Below are positions 10,630-19,779 of a stretch of DNA of 64,000 nt, piece by piece (position 1 is the stretch's first letter; each line of letters opens with the position of its first letter). This DNA comes from Myxococcota bacterium (GTDB taxonomy: Bacteria; Myxococcota_A; UBA796; SXON01), in NCBI GenBank assembly GCA_040386535.1, contig JAZKFH010000025.1, forward strand, positions 140,994 to 204,993. Direction: 5' to 3'. Below the pieces are notes generated by a model. That model made no database searches. It saw nothing but the letters and a program-made list of their open reading frames with translations, and had not been told where the DNA came from. Position numbers and translations under genes: made by a program.

Positions 10630-11760
10630 GTGCGCGGATCCAACCAGCATCCCGAGGTTCTCATCGAGACCGCCCCGACCGAACCGCTCGAGCGTGTTCT
10701 GGACTTCAACGACTCCGATCGCCTGCGGGAGCTGGCGGGAGAGGTCGGGAAGAACCTGCAGCTCATCGGACGCCTGTCGGGTACGCGGGTGTCGCAGCGG
10801 GGCGCGCAGGTGCGGGTCCTGGGCGCGGAGGAGGCTGTCGTCCTGGCCGTGCGCGTGTTGGAGCAGCTCTACGCGCTCGCCTCGACCGGCACGCCCATCA
10901 CCCTCGTCGATGTGGACCAGGCCGCGCGCCTCCTGCGCAGCGAGCCCGACGCCCAGCTGATCGACTACCGGTCCGACGTGGTCATCACCGGGGCCCGCAA
11001 GCGCGCGATCTACCCGCGCACGCCGCGGCAGAAGACCTACGTGCACGCGTTCGACGAGAACGACGTGGTCTTCGGCGTCGGCCCCGCCGGCACCGGCAAG
11101 ACCTACCTCGCGATGGCGGTGGCCGTCGCGGCGCTCCTCAAGGACCAGGTCCGGCGCATCGTGTTGTGCCGGCCGGCCGTCGAGGCGGGGGAGAAGCTCG
11201 GGTTCCTGCCCGGTGACCTCGCGGAGAAGGTGAACCCCTACCTGCGCCCCCTGTACGACGCGCTCTACGACATGGTCGACGAGGAGCGCGCCGCCCGGCT
11301 CATCCAGAAGGGCGTGATCGAGGTCGCGCCGCTCGCCTTCATGCGCGGCCGCACGCTCAACAACGCGTTCATCATCCTCGACGAGGCACAGAACACGACG
11401 AGCGAGCAGATGAAGATGTTCCTGACCCGCCTGGGGAACGACTCGCGCGCCGCCATCACCGGTGACCTCTCCCAGGTCGACCTGCCCCGCCACACCCGGT
11501 CCGGCCTCGTCGAGGCGCTCCGCATCGTCGAGGGCATCGCGGGCATCGGCGTCATCCGCTTCCGCGACGACGACATCGTCCGCCACCCGCTGGTGAGCGA
11601 GATCGTGCGCGCCTACGACCGTGAAGCCGCCCGCACCGAGGACGTGCGGCCCGCCTCCCGTCCCGCTCCCGATTGGCGCGCCCGCCGTGGGCCCGCCCGT
11701 GACCGCTCCCGCGAGTTCGATCCGAATCCGGAGGGGAGCGAGGGTGGCGACTCGGCTTGA
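10630..11760 (+). CDS. phoH: PhoH-family ATPase (YbeZ-type)
   Basis: GPAGTGKT, RPAVEAGEKLGFLPGD, AFMRGRT, LDEAQN, DIVRHPLV; start approximate. Confidence 0.93.
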   Translation: MRGSNQHPEVLIETAPTEPLERVLDFNDSDRLRELAGEVGKNLQLIGRLSGTRVSQRGAQVRVLGAEEAVVLAVRVLEQLYALASTGTPITLVDVDQAARLLRSEPDAQLIDYRSDVVITGARKRAIYPRTPRQKTYVHAFDENDVVFGVGPAGTGKTYLAMAVAVAALLKDQVRRIVLCRPAVEAGEKLGFLPGDLAEKVNPYLRPLYDALYDMVDEERAARLIQKGVIEVAPLAFMRGRTLNNAFIILDEAQNTTSEQMKMFLTRLGNDSRAAITGDLSQVDLPRHTRSGLVEALRIVEGIAGIGVIRFRDDDIVRHPLVSEIVRAYDREAARTEDVRPASRPAPDWRARRGPARDRSREFDPNPEGSEGGDSA

Positions 11761-14176
11761 GACGCTGAAGCTGATGCTCGCGCCGGACACGTTGCTCCGG
11801 CGCTCGCTCGCGTTTGTCGTCACCTGCATGGCGTGCGCGGCGCTGCTCACCGATTTCTCGCTGACCGGGAACCTCGATCTGCGCGAGGGGGACGTGGCCC
11901 CGCGCGACGTCATCGCGCCCATCGCGTTCCCGTTCGTCAACGTGGGCGTCACGGCGGAGCGCCAGCGCCTCGCGGAAGCGCAGGTCCCCCCGGTGTTCGA
12001 CGCCGACCTGACGTTGTCGAAGCGCATCGAGAACCGGGTCTCCCAGGCGTACGACATGGCTCGGCGGCGCTGGGAGGCCGGTACCGTCTCGGGCCCGCGC
12101 GGGTCGGTCCCGCCCTCCCCAGCCGACACCGCTGGGATCCTCGCCGAGTTTGCCGCGGCGCTCGAGTTGCCGGTGCAGCCCGGCGACCTCGACGCCATCG
12201 CCGTCGCGGGCTTCTCGCAGCGCGTCGAAGAGCTCACGATCGAGCTCCTGGGCGTCGCGATGCGGCGGAACATCATCCAGGACCGCACGTCGCTGCCGGA
12301 GCCGCAGCGGCCGATCACGGTGGTGAACCTCTTCGGGGACGTGCGCGAGGAGTCGATCCTCGAGGACTACAGCCTGATCCGCACCCCCGACGAGGCGCGG
12401 CAGGCGGTGACCTTCCACGTGCTCGAGCGGTACGGCGCGTCGCGCGATGCCGCGGTCGTGGCCGCCGCCGCGAACATCGCGCGCGCCGCGGTCCGGACGA
12501 ACTTCACCCACAACCCGGAGCTGACGGAGGAGCGAAAGGCCAGCGCGCGCGCGGCTGTGGGGGCGGTCGAGGTCGAGGTGCGGCGGGGCACGCGGGTCAT
12601 CGCCGCGGGGGACGTGCTCACGGCCCCTCAGGAGCAGATGCTCACGGCCATGCGGCGCACGAACGCGCAGGCCGGCGGCTTCGGTGGCTTCGTCAGCTGG
12701 TTCGTGTTCGTCGCGGCGGTCATCGGCGTCACGCTCGTGTTCGCCCAATCCACCATCCGCAAGTTCGCGTCGCGCACCCGCGACCGCGAGGCGCTCGGCT
12801 TCGCGCTGCTGCTCGTGCTCGCCTTCGGCCGGTTCCTCTCCTCGACCGCGGCGCTCATCACGCTGCCGACCGTCGTGGATCCCAAGCTGCTCGCGCTCCT
12901 GGTGCCCGTGGCCGGCGGCGCCATGCTCGTGCGCATCCTCGTGAACAGCGAGAGCGCGCTCATCTGGGCGCTGGTGGCCTCGCTCTTCTCCGGCGTCCTG
13001 ATGGACGCCTCGCCGCTCCTGATGGCCTGGTACGTCGTGACCGCGCTCGTCGCCACCACGGCCGTCGGGCCTGCCCGCGAGCGGCTGGTGGTCCTACGCG
13101 CGGGCCTCTGGTGCGGGCTCGCCGGCGCGGTGTTCGTGCTGGTGGTCGGGCTCCTGCGGGGGCAGGATCCCGGCGGCGACGATCCGTTCACGTTCACGAC
13201 CGCGGTGATGGCGTTCGTGACCGCGCTCCTCGCGGGGCTGCTGAACGCGGTGCTTGCGCTCGGGATGGTGCCCGCCTTCGAGCTGTTCGGGTTCGTGACC
13301 GACTACAAGCTCCTCGAGCTGGCGAGCCTGAACCACCCGCTGCTTCGCCAGCTGATGCTCCGCGCGCCCGGCACGTACCACCACAGCGTGATCGTGGGGA
13401 CCCTCTCCGAAGCCGCGTGCGAGACCATCGGCGCCAACGCGCTCCTGGCCCGCGTCGCCTGCTACTTCCACGACATCGGGAAGGGGCTCAAGCCGCAGTA
13501 CTTCATCGAGAACCAGCGGGACACCGGCAACCGCCACGATCGCCTCTCGCCCGAGGCGTCGGCCGCCGTGATCATCAACCACGTGCGCGAGGGCGGGGTG
13601 CTTGCGCTCCAGCACCAGCTCCCGCGGCCGATCGTGGACAACATCTACATGCACCACGGCACGGGCCTCATCCAGTACTTCTACGCGCGCGCCAAGGAGA
13701 ACGCTGGCGCCGGCGAGGAGGTGGACGAGCGGATCTTCCGGTACCCCGGCCCCAAGCCCGACAGCCGCGAGGCCGGCATCATCATGCTGGCCGACAAGGT
13801 CGAGGCCGCGTGCCGCACCATCCGCGAGCCCAACGAGGAGCGCATCCGCGCGATGATCCAGCAGATCATCAACAGTGTGATGACCGACGGCCAGCTCGAG
13901 AACTGCCCGATCACGCTCCGCGAGCTCTACCAGATCGCCGACACGTTCACGACCGTGCTCCTCGGCATCTACCACCACCGCATCGAGTACCCAGCCACCA
14001 AGGAGATCTCCTCGGGCAAGGGGCGTTTCGTCCCCGTGCCGAGGCAGGGCACGATCACCTTGGAGATCATGAACCCCCTCAAGTCGGCGCCCCCGCCCCT
14101 CGGGGCCCCCCGGCCCGGCCCGCCCGCCGGGCCCGCCGACGATACGCCGCTCCCGCGCCGCGTGGACGAGTCCTGA
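11744..14176 (+). CDS. 7TM-HD membrane phosphohydrolase (PgpH-like)
   Basis: Large extracytoplasmic domain, about 7 TM helices, APGTYHHS, YFHDIGK, HHGT, YPGPKP, MLAD; phoH-X-ybeY synteny. Confidence 0.92.
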   Translation: MATRLETLKLMLAPDTLLRRSLAFVVTCMACAALLTDFSLTGNLDLREGDVAPRDVIAPIAFPFVNVGVTAERQRLAEAQVPPVFDADLTLSKRIENRVSQAYDMARRRWEAGTVSGPRGSVPPSPADTAGILAEFAAALELPVQPGDLDAIAVAGFSQRVEELTIELLGVAMRRNIIQDRTSLPEPQRPITVVNLFGDVREESILEDYSLIRTPDEARQAVTFHVLERYGASRDAAVVAAAANIARAAVRTNFTHNPELTEERKASARAAVGAVEVEVRRGTRVIAAGDVLTAPQEQMLTAMRRTNAQAGGFGGFVSWFVFVAAVIGVTLVFAQSTIRKFASRTRDREALGFALLLVLAFGRFLSSTAALITLPTVVDPKLLALLVPVAGGAMLVRILVNSESALIWALVASLFSGVLMDASPLLMAWYVVTALVATTAVGPARERLVVLRAGLWCGLAGAVFVLVVGLLRGQDPGGDDPFTFTTAVMAFVTALLAGLLNAVLALGMVPAFELFGFVTDYKLLELASLNHPLLRQLMLRAPGTYHHSVIVGTLSEAACETIGANALLARVACYFHDIGKGLKPQYFIENQRDTGNRHDRLSPEASAAVIINHVREGGVLALQHQLPRPIVDNIYMHHGTGLIQYFYARAKENAGAGEEVDERIFRYPGPKPDSREAGIIMLADKVEAACRTIREPNEERIRAMIQQIINSVMTDGQLENCPITLRELYQIADTFTTVLLGIYHHRIEYPATKEISSGKGRFVPVPRQGTITLEIMNPLKSAPPPLGAPRPGPPAGPADDTPLPRRVDES

Positions 14177-14665
14177 ATGCCCGTGTCCGTCAGCAAGCAA
14201 GGGGTCAAGCACCCCCTCCGCCCGGTGTCCACCGACGCGCGCGCGCTCCTCAAGCACCTCGGCAAGCCGAAGGCCGAGCTCTCCATCCTGTTGTGTGACG
14301 ACGCGTTCATTCGCGACCTGAACGCCCAGTGGCGCCAGAAGGACGAGCCCACCGACGTGTTGTCGTTCGCGATGGGGGAGGGGGAGGGGGCCGACGTAAA
14401 CCCCGATCTGCTCGGCGACATCGTGATCTCCGTGGAGACCGCGGCGCGCCAGGGCGCCGCCCTGGGCCTCACGCTCGACCAGGAGATCCGGGTGCTCCTC
14501 GTCCACGGCCTGCTCCACCTCCTCGGCTATGACCACATCGATCCCGCCGACGCCCCCGAGATGCGCGCCCGCGAAGCCGAGCTCCTCGCGGTCCTCGGCG
14601 GCGGAACCGGGCTCGTCGACCGCGGGGGAGACGGAGAGGTGGTTTCACGCGACGGGGCGGGATAA
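14177..14665 (+). CDS. ybeY: rRNA maturation RNase YbeY
   Basis: PTDVLSF, LGDIVIS, HGLLHLLGYDH. Confidence 0.96.
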   Translation: MPVSVSKQGVKHPLRPVSTDARALLKHLGKPKAELSILLCDDAFIRDLNAQWRQKDEPTDVLSFAMGEGEGADVNPDLLGDIVISVETAARQGAALGLTLDQEIRVLLVHGLLHLLGYDHIDPADAPEMRAREAELLAVLGGGTGLVDRGGDGEVVSRDGAG

Positions 14666-14674
14666 ACGCGCGCC

Positions 14675-15812
14675 ATGGCCAGCACCGTCGACCTCCCCGC
14701 CCTCGCCTCCACTCTCCGTGAGCGCCTCGTGTCGCTCCGGGGGCATCTTTGACGTAGACGGGAAGCTCGAGCAGATCGCGGATCTCGACCGTCAGGCCGC
14801 CATCCCCGAGTTCTGGAACGACGCGAAGCGCGCCCGTGAGATCCTCAAGAAGAAGACCCAGATGGAGAAGGGCGTCCGCCTTTTCCAGGAGTCGTGGGGT
14901 CGCCTCGAGGACGCGGAGACCTACCTGGAGCTCGCCGACGAGGAGGGGGATCCCTCCATCGCGAAAGAGGCGGGTGTCGCGTTGGAGCGCCTCGAGGGTG
15001 AGCTGCGCGCGATGGAGATCCGCCGCATGCTCGGGGAGGAGAGCGACGACGCGGGCGCCATCCTCGAGGTGAACTCGGGGGCGGGCGGCACCGACGCCGC
15101 CGACTGGGCCGACATGCTCAAGCGGATGTACCTCCGCTGGGCCGACCGGATGGGCTTCAAGGTCAAGATCATCGACGAGCAGCTGCACGAGGAGGCGGGG
15201 ATCCGCTCCTGCACGCTGGAGGTCGAGGGTGACTACGCGTACGGCTACCTCAAGGGCGAGATCGGCGTGCACCGCCTCGTCCGCATCAGCCCGTTCGACT
15301 CGAACGCGCGCCGTCACACCGCGTTCGCCTCTGTGGCCGCCTACCCGGACATCGAGGAGGACATCGAGGTCGTGATCCTGGAGAAGGATCTCCGCATCGA
15401 CACCTTCCGCTCCGGCGGGCCGGGCGGGCAGAGCGTCAACACGACCGACTCGGCGGTGCGCATCGTGCACAACCCGACCGGGATCGTGGTGCAGTGCCAG
15501 AACGAGAAGTCGCAGCTCAAGAACCGCTCCACCGCGATGAAGATGTTGCGGGTGAAGCTGTACCAGCTCGAGCTGGAGCGCCGGCAGTCCGAGCGCGACC
15601 TCGTCAACGCGACGAAGAAGAAGATCGAGTGGGGTAGCCAGATCCGCAGCTACGTGCTCCAGCCCTACCGCCTCGTGAAGGACGTGCGTACCGGCATGGA
15701 GACGGGGGACACCGACGCGTTCCTCGACGGGCGGATCCTCCCCTTCATGGAGCAGTACCTGGTCGCACGCGCGAACGGCACGCTCGGTGAGGGCGGCGCG
15801 GGCGACGAGTAG
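14675..15812 (+). CDS. prfB: peptide chain release factor 2, translated via a +1 programmed frameshift
   Basis: 25-codon ORF from ATG 14675 ends CTT TGA C; the +1 frame carries RISPFD and SGGPGGQ. Confidence 0.96.
14738..14753 (+). promoter_or_regulatory. RF2 frameshift signal (internal SD-like G-run plus CTT TGA C)
   Basis: cgg ggg cat CTT TGA C, matching the conserved prfB site. Confidence 0.93.
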
Positions 15813-15816
15813 CCGC

Positions 15817-16731
15817 GTGGGCTCCTTTTCCGCGGAGGTGTCCGGAGCGTCGTTCTTCGAGCGCGTGAAGTCGCTCCCGATGCTGGGGATCGGGGTGTCG
15901 ACCGAGTACGGCGCTCGCGACGCGCCGGGCGCGCTCGATCCCGCGGCGTTGCGGGCGGCGCATCCGCGGTGGGGCGCGTTTCTCGAGGTGGGTGTCGAGA
16001 TCGCGAAGGGCCTGGACGCGGACGCCCGCGCCTGGGCCGCGAACGGCTGGCCGACCACCTACCACTTCCTCGACGTGAACCTGGACGAGCCCGCGGACCT
16101 CGATCCACGCTGGCTCGACGCGGTGCGGGCCACGATCGATGTGCTCGATCCTGCCTGGCTCTGCGGCGACGCTGGCCTCTGGCACTTCGGCGCCCGCGAG
16201 CGCGGCCACATGTTGCTCCTGCCCCCGATCCTCACGGCGGATGCCGCGCGGGGGATGGCCGAGGGCATCGTGGCGCTGCGCGCGGCCACCGGCAGGGAGG
16301 TGCTCCCCGAGAACCCGCCCGGCGTGGCCTTCGTGGGGGACCTGACGCTGCTCGACTTCTTCGCGCGCGTTGCCGAGGCCGCCGACACCGGGCTCCTGCT
16401 CGATCTGTCCCACCTCGCGATCTACCAGCACCTGCACGGGCGCGACGTCCTCCATGGCCTCGACGCCTTCCCGGCCGAGCGCGTGGTCGAGATCCACCTC
16501 GCCGGCGGCGTGGAGCGGGAGGCGGGGGGCTTCCGTTGGATCGAGGACGAGCACGGCACCACGCTCCGCCCCGAGGTGTGGCGCCTCCTCGACGCGCTCG
16601 CGCCGCGCCTGACGAACCTCAAGGCCGTCGTCCTCGAGTGCGAGCGCAACCCGATCGCCCAGGTGGCGCCGCTGTTCGCGCAGCTCGAGCGCCGTCTCGG
16701 GAGCTGGGCCGCCCCCTCCGGGGCGTCGTGA
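15817..16731 (+). CDS. DUF692-family multinuclear non-heme iron oxidative enzyme (MNIO)
   Basis: LGIGV, FLEV, PENP, GLLLD, EIHLAGG, DEH and VLE motifs in DUF692 order; start 15817 or 15838. Confidence 0.85.
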   Translation: MGSFSAEVSGASFFERVKSLPMLGIGVSTEYGARDAPGALDPAALRAAHPRWGAFLEVGVEIAKGLDADARAWAANGWPTTYHFLDVNLDEPADLDPRWLDAVRATIDVLDPAWLCGDAGLWHFGARERGHMLLLPPILTADAARGMAEGIVALRAATGREVLPENPPGVAFVGDLTLLDFFARVAEAADTGLLLDLSHLAIYQHLHGRDVLHGLDAFPAERVVEIHLAGGVEREAGGFRWIEDEHGTTLRPEVWRLLDALAPRLTNLKAVVLECERNPIAQVAPLFAQLERRLGSWAAPSGAS

Positions 16732-17501
16732 CCCCGCCCGACCTGCAGCGTGTCGTGGTGCGCATGCTCTACGATCCCGCGCTGGTCGAGCGGATCTACG
16801 GGGGCGCCCCGGTCGAGGGCCTGGATCCCGCGGCCCGCGCGCACCTCACCCGGGTCGATCGCAGGGCCTGGGCCACCGACCCCTACCGCCGCGCGCGCAC
16901 CCTCCAGGCGCTGCTCGAGGAGTTCCCGGCCTCCGCGGCCGAGGTGGGCGTGTCCGGCCTGGACCGCTTCTTCGGGGAGCGGGCCTTCCATGCCGCGATC
17001 CAGGCGAGAGGGTCGTTGGCGGAGGCCTTCGGGGCGTGGATCGCGCCGATGGCAGGGCCGGTGGCCGAGATCGAGCGCGCCGTTGTCGCCGTCCGCCGGG
17101 CCGCCGAGAAGCCACTTCCCGTGTTGGAAGCTGGTACCTTGCTTTGCGCCGGGACGGTCGTTCCCCTCGCGCTCCCCACGGGCACGTGCGCGCGCTGGGA
17201 GGGCCTCCGCGCCGCGCTCGCCCCCGAGCCTGTCCCGCGGCTCCTCGCCGGCTTCCGCGCCCCCGCGCGGGCCCCTGCGGCGAAGCGGGCGCCCGTCGAG
17301 CACCTCCTGGTAGAGCGTGGCGCGGACGGCGAAGGAGTCGGGCATGGCAGCCTCGGGCTGCACGAGCTGCTGGTCCGCGCGCGCCGGCCGGTCCTCCGGC
17401 GCGTGTTGCACCGGGAGGCCCTCCGTCACGGGGCCAAGCCCGCGGAGGCGGACGAGATCCTCGACGGCCTCGTGAGCGACGGGCTGCTGATCGGCGGGTG
17501 A
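16728..17501 (+). CDS. putative MNIO partner protein (loosely DUF2063/HvfC-like)
   Basis: GTGA overlap with the DUF692 gene; LQRVVVRML..YRRARTLQALLEEFP..FF..LAEAFGAWI..VAEIERA pattern resembles MNIO partner N-termini. Confidence 0.65.
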   Translation: MTPPDLQRVVVRMLYDPALVERIYGGAPVEGLDPAARAHLTRVDRRAWATDPYRRARTLQALLEEFPASAAEVGVSGLDRFFGERAFHAAIQARGSLAEAFGAWIAPMAGPVAEIERAVVAVRRAAEKPLPVLEAGTLLCAGTVVPLALPTGTCARWEGLRAALAPEPVPRLLAGFRAPARAPAAKRAPVEHLLVERGADGEGVGHGSLGLHELLVRARRPVLRRVLHREALRHGAKPAEADEILDGLVSDGLLIGG

Positions 17502-17610
17502 GGCGACGCCGCGATCGCCGCGCCGCGATCGCCCGGGGACACGGGTTGGAAGCGCGACGCGGTGCGGGCGGCACGGACCTTGCTCTACTCTCCTCCCTGC
17601 TGGAGTCTGC

Positions 17611-18147
17611 ATGACGCTCTTCCACCGCTCGGCCCTCGCCGGGACGCTCGCCCTCGTGCTCTCCGGCTGCGGCTCCGCGCACAGCATGCTGCTCATGGCC
17701 GACACCGCCATGGAGTGCACCAGAGACAGGGAGGGGGTCCCACGGCGCGGCTTCGTCGACGACCTGCAGCCGGAAGGCTGCGGCTACACGGTGGGCGCCG
17801 TCGACGAGCCAGGGAACACGCAGCTCGTTCTCGACGTACCAGCGTTCGCGGACGCCGCGGCGGGAAACCCCGCGTCCGTCGTGTACACGCTCCCGGACGC
17901 CGCCGTGCGCCTCGAGGTGCTCGTCGGGTGCGGCCTTGGGGAGGACTGGTGCGGAGAGGACCGGGGGAGCGGGTCCCTCTCCCGCACCTTCACCCCCACG
18001 TCCGGCACGCTGACGGTCGACGTGACGCCCGACGGCGACGAGGCTGACGCGGTCGTGATCCTCGACGACGTAGAGCTCGAGGACGAGTCCGGGGAGACCG
18101 TCGTGGTCGACACCACGTGGGACGTGCGGCTGTACGCCGCACACTAG
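17611..18147 (+). CDS. hypothetical lipoprotein
   Basis: Lipobox LSGC; acidic beta-rich body with 4 further Cys. Confidence 0.75.
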   Translation: MTLFHRSALAGTLALVLSGCGSAHSMLLMADTAMECTRDREGVPRRGFVDDLQPEGCGYTVGAVDEPGNTQLVLDVPAFADAAAGNPASVVYTLPDAAVRLEVLVGCGLGEDWCGEDRGSGSLSRTFTPTSGTLTVDVTPDGDEADAVVILDDVELEDESGETVVVDTTWDVRLYAAH

Positions 18148-18186
18148 CCAACAACAGGCCGAGCGGCGGGTTAGACCGCGCCCGCC

Positions 18187-19659
18187 ATGTACACCTTCGA
18201 TCCCGAACGCCTCGACAAGGTCCACGCGCTGGAAGCCGATGGCGTCCGCACGTACCCCTCCGCCTCGCCCGTCACCCACACATCCGAGGACGTGCGCACC
18301 GCCGCCGAGGGCCAGCCCGACGAGGCCCTGGAGGGCCTGGGCCTCTTCGTGCTCGCGGGGCGGCTCCTGTTCAAGAACGAGATGGGGAAGGCCGGCTTCG
18401 GCCGCCTGCTCGATCGGGACGGGCGCGTGCAGGTGTACGTGAAGAAGGACGAGGTGGGCGAGCCCGCCTTCGCGCTCTGGAAGAAGTTCGACCTCGGCGA
18501 CATCGTGTACGTCGAGGGCACGCTGATGCGCACGCGCACGGGCGAGCTCACGGTCAAGGTCGCGACGATCCGCCTGCTGGCGAAGTGTACGGCGTCCCTG
18601 CCCGACAAGTTCCACGGCATCGCCGATCCGGAGCTCCGGCAGCGCCAGCGCTACCTCGACCTGTTCATGAACGACGAGACCCGGGAGACCTTCCGGCGCC
18701 GCTCGCAGATCGTTCGGTACATCCGGAACTTCTTCGAGGCGCGGGCGTACCTCGAGGTCGAGACCCCGATGATGCACCCCATCCCCGGGGGCGCCACCGC
18801 GCGGCCGTTCGTGACCCACCACAACGCGCTGGATACGGACCTTTTCCTCCGCATCGCGCCCGAGCTGTACCTCAAGCGGCTCGTGGTCGGCGGGTTCGAG
18901 CGGGTGTTCGAGATCAACCGGAACTTCCGCAACGAGGGCATCGACTCGACGCACAACCCCGAGTTCACGATGCTCGAGTGGTACCAGGCGCACGCCACCT
19001 GGCGGGACCTCGTCGACATGACCGAGGAGATGCTCGCGGGGTGCGCCGAGGCGGTTTGTGGGACGACCGAGATCACCTACCAGGGGCAGGCGATCTCGAT
19101 GGCGCGGCCCTTCCGGCGGGTCGGCTACGACGCGCTGGTGTCCGAGGCCACCGGGCTCTCCGCCGCGGAGATCCGCGACCCCGCGGCCCTGCGCGCGTGG
19201 TGGATCGAGCGCCACGGCGACGACGGCAAGGTACCGAAGACCATCGGGCGCCTGTGGGAGGCCGTGTTCGACGAGCACGTCGAGAAGGGGCTCGTCCAGC
19301 CCACGTTCGTGACCCGCTTCCCCATCGAGATCTCGCCGCTCGCGCGCCGTAACGACGACGAGCCGGACATCGCCGATCGGTTCGAGCTGTTCATCGCCGG
19401 GCGGGAGATCTCCAACGGGTTCACCGAGCTGAACGACCCGGTCGACCAGGCCGGGCGCTTCGAGGCGCAGGTGAACAGCCGCACGGCGGGCGACCAGGAG
19501 GCGATGCACTTCGACGAGGACTACGTCCGCGCCCTCACCTTCGGCCTCCCGCCGACCGCGGGGGAGGGGCTCGGGATCGACCGCCTCGTCATGTTGCTGA
19601 CGGACTCGGCGAGCATTCGCGACGTCATCCTGTTCCCGACGCTCCGTCCGCGGGCGTAG
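18187..19659 (+). CDS. lysS: lysine--tRNA ligase (class II)
   Basis: LPDKFHG, RQRYLDL, GGATARPF, RIAPELYLK, FRNEG, HNPEFT, GIDRLVM. Confidence 0.98.
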   Translation: MYTFDPERLDKVHALEADGVRTYPSASPVTHTSEDVRTAAEGQPDEALEGLGLFVLAGRLLFKNEMGKAGFGRLLDRDGRVQVYVKKDEVGEPAFALWKKFDLGDIVYVEGTLMRTRTGELTVKVATIRLLAKCTASLPDKFHGIADPELRQRQRYLDLFMNDETRETFRRRSQIVRYIRNFFEARAYLEVETPMMHPIPGGATARPFVTHHNALDTDLFLRIAPELYLKRLVVGGFERVFEINRNFRNEGIDSTHNPEFTMLEWYQAHATWRDLVDMTEEMLAGCAEAVCGTTEITYQGQAISMARPFRRVGYDALVSEATGLSAAEIRDPAALRAWWIERHGDDGKVPKTIGRLWEAVFDEHVEKGLVQPTFVTRFPIEISPLARRNDDEPDIADRFELFIAGREISNGFTELNDPVDQAGRFEAQVNSRTAGDQEAMHFDEDYVRALTFGLPPTAGEGLGIDRLVMLLTDSASIRDVILFPTLRPRA

Positions 19660-19779
19660 CCGACGGAGCTCGCCTCCGACTTCGGCTCCGTTGCTCGGAA
19701 GTCACGAATTCCCTTCACTCCGCCCGGAGCGCGAGGGCGTCCCCCTCGGGGCCCCCGCACCGGTTAGGCCCCGCCTCGC

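Noticed and set aside
14747..14753. prfB as a pseudogene or sequencing error
   Set aside because: The break is exactly the conserved programmed frameshift motif
17499..17610. Selenocysteine read-through or a hidden precursor peptide after the MNIO partner
   Set aside because: The in-frame continuation is low-complexity with no recognisable SECIS, RBS or Cys-rich peptide; only a short cgccgcgatcgcc duplication is present
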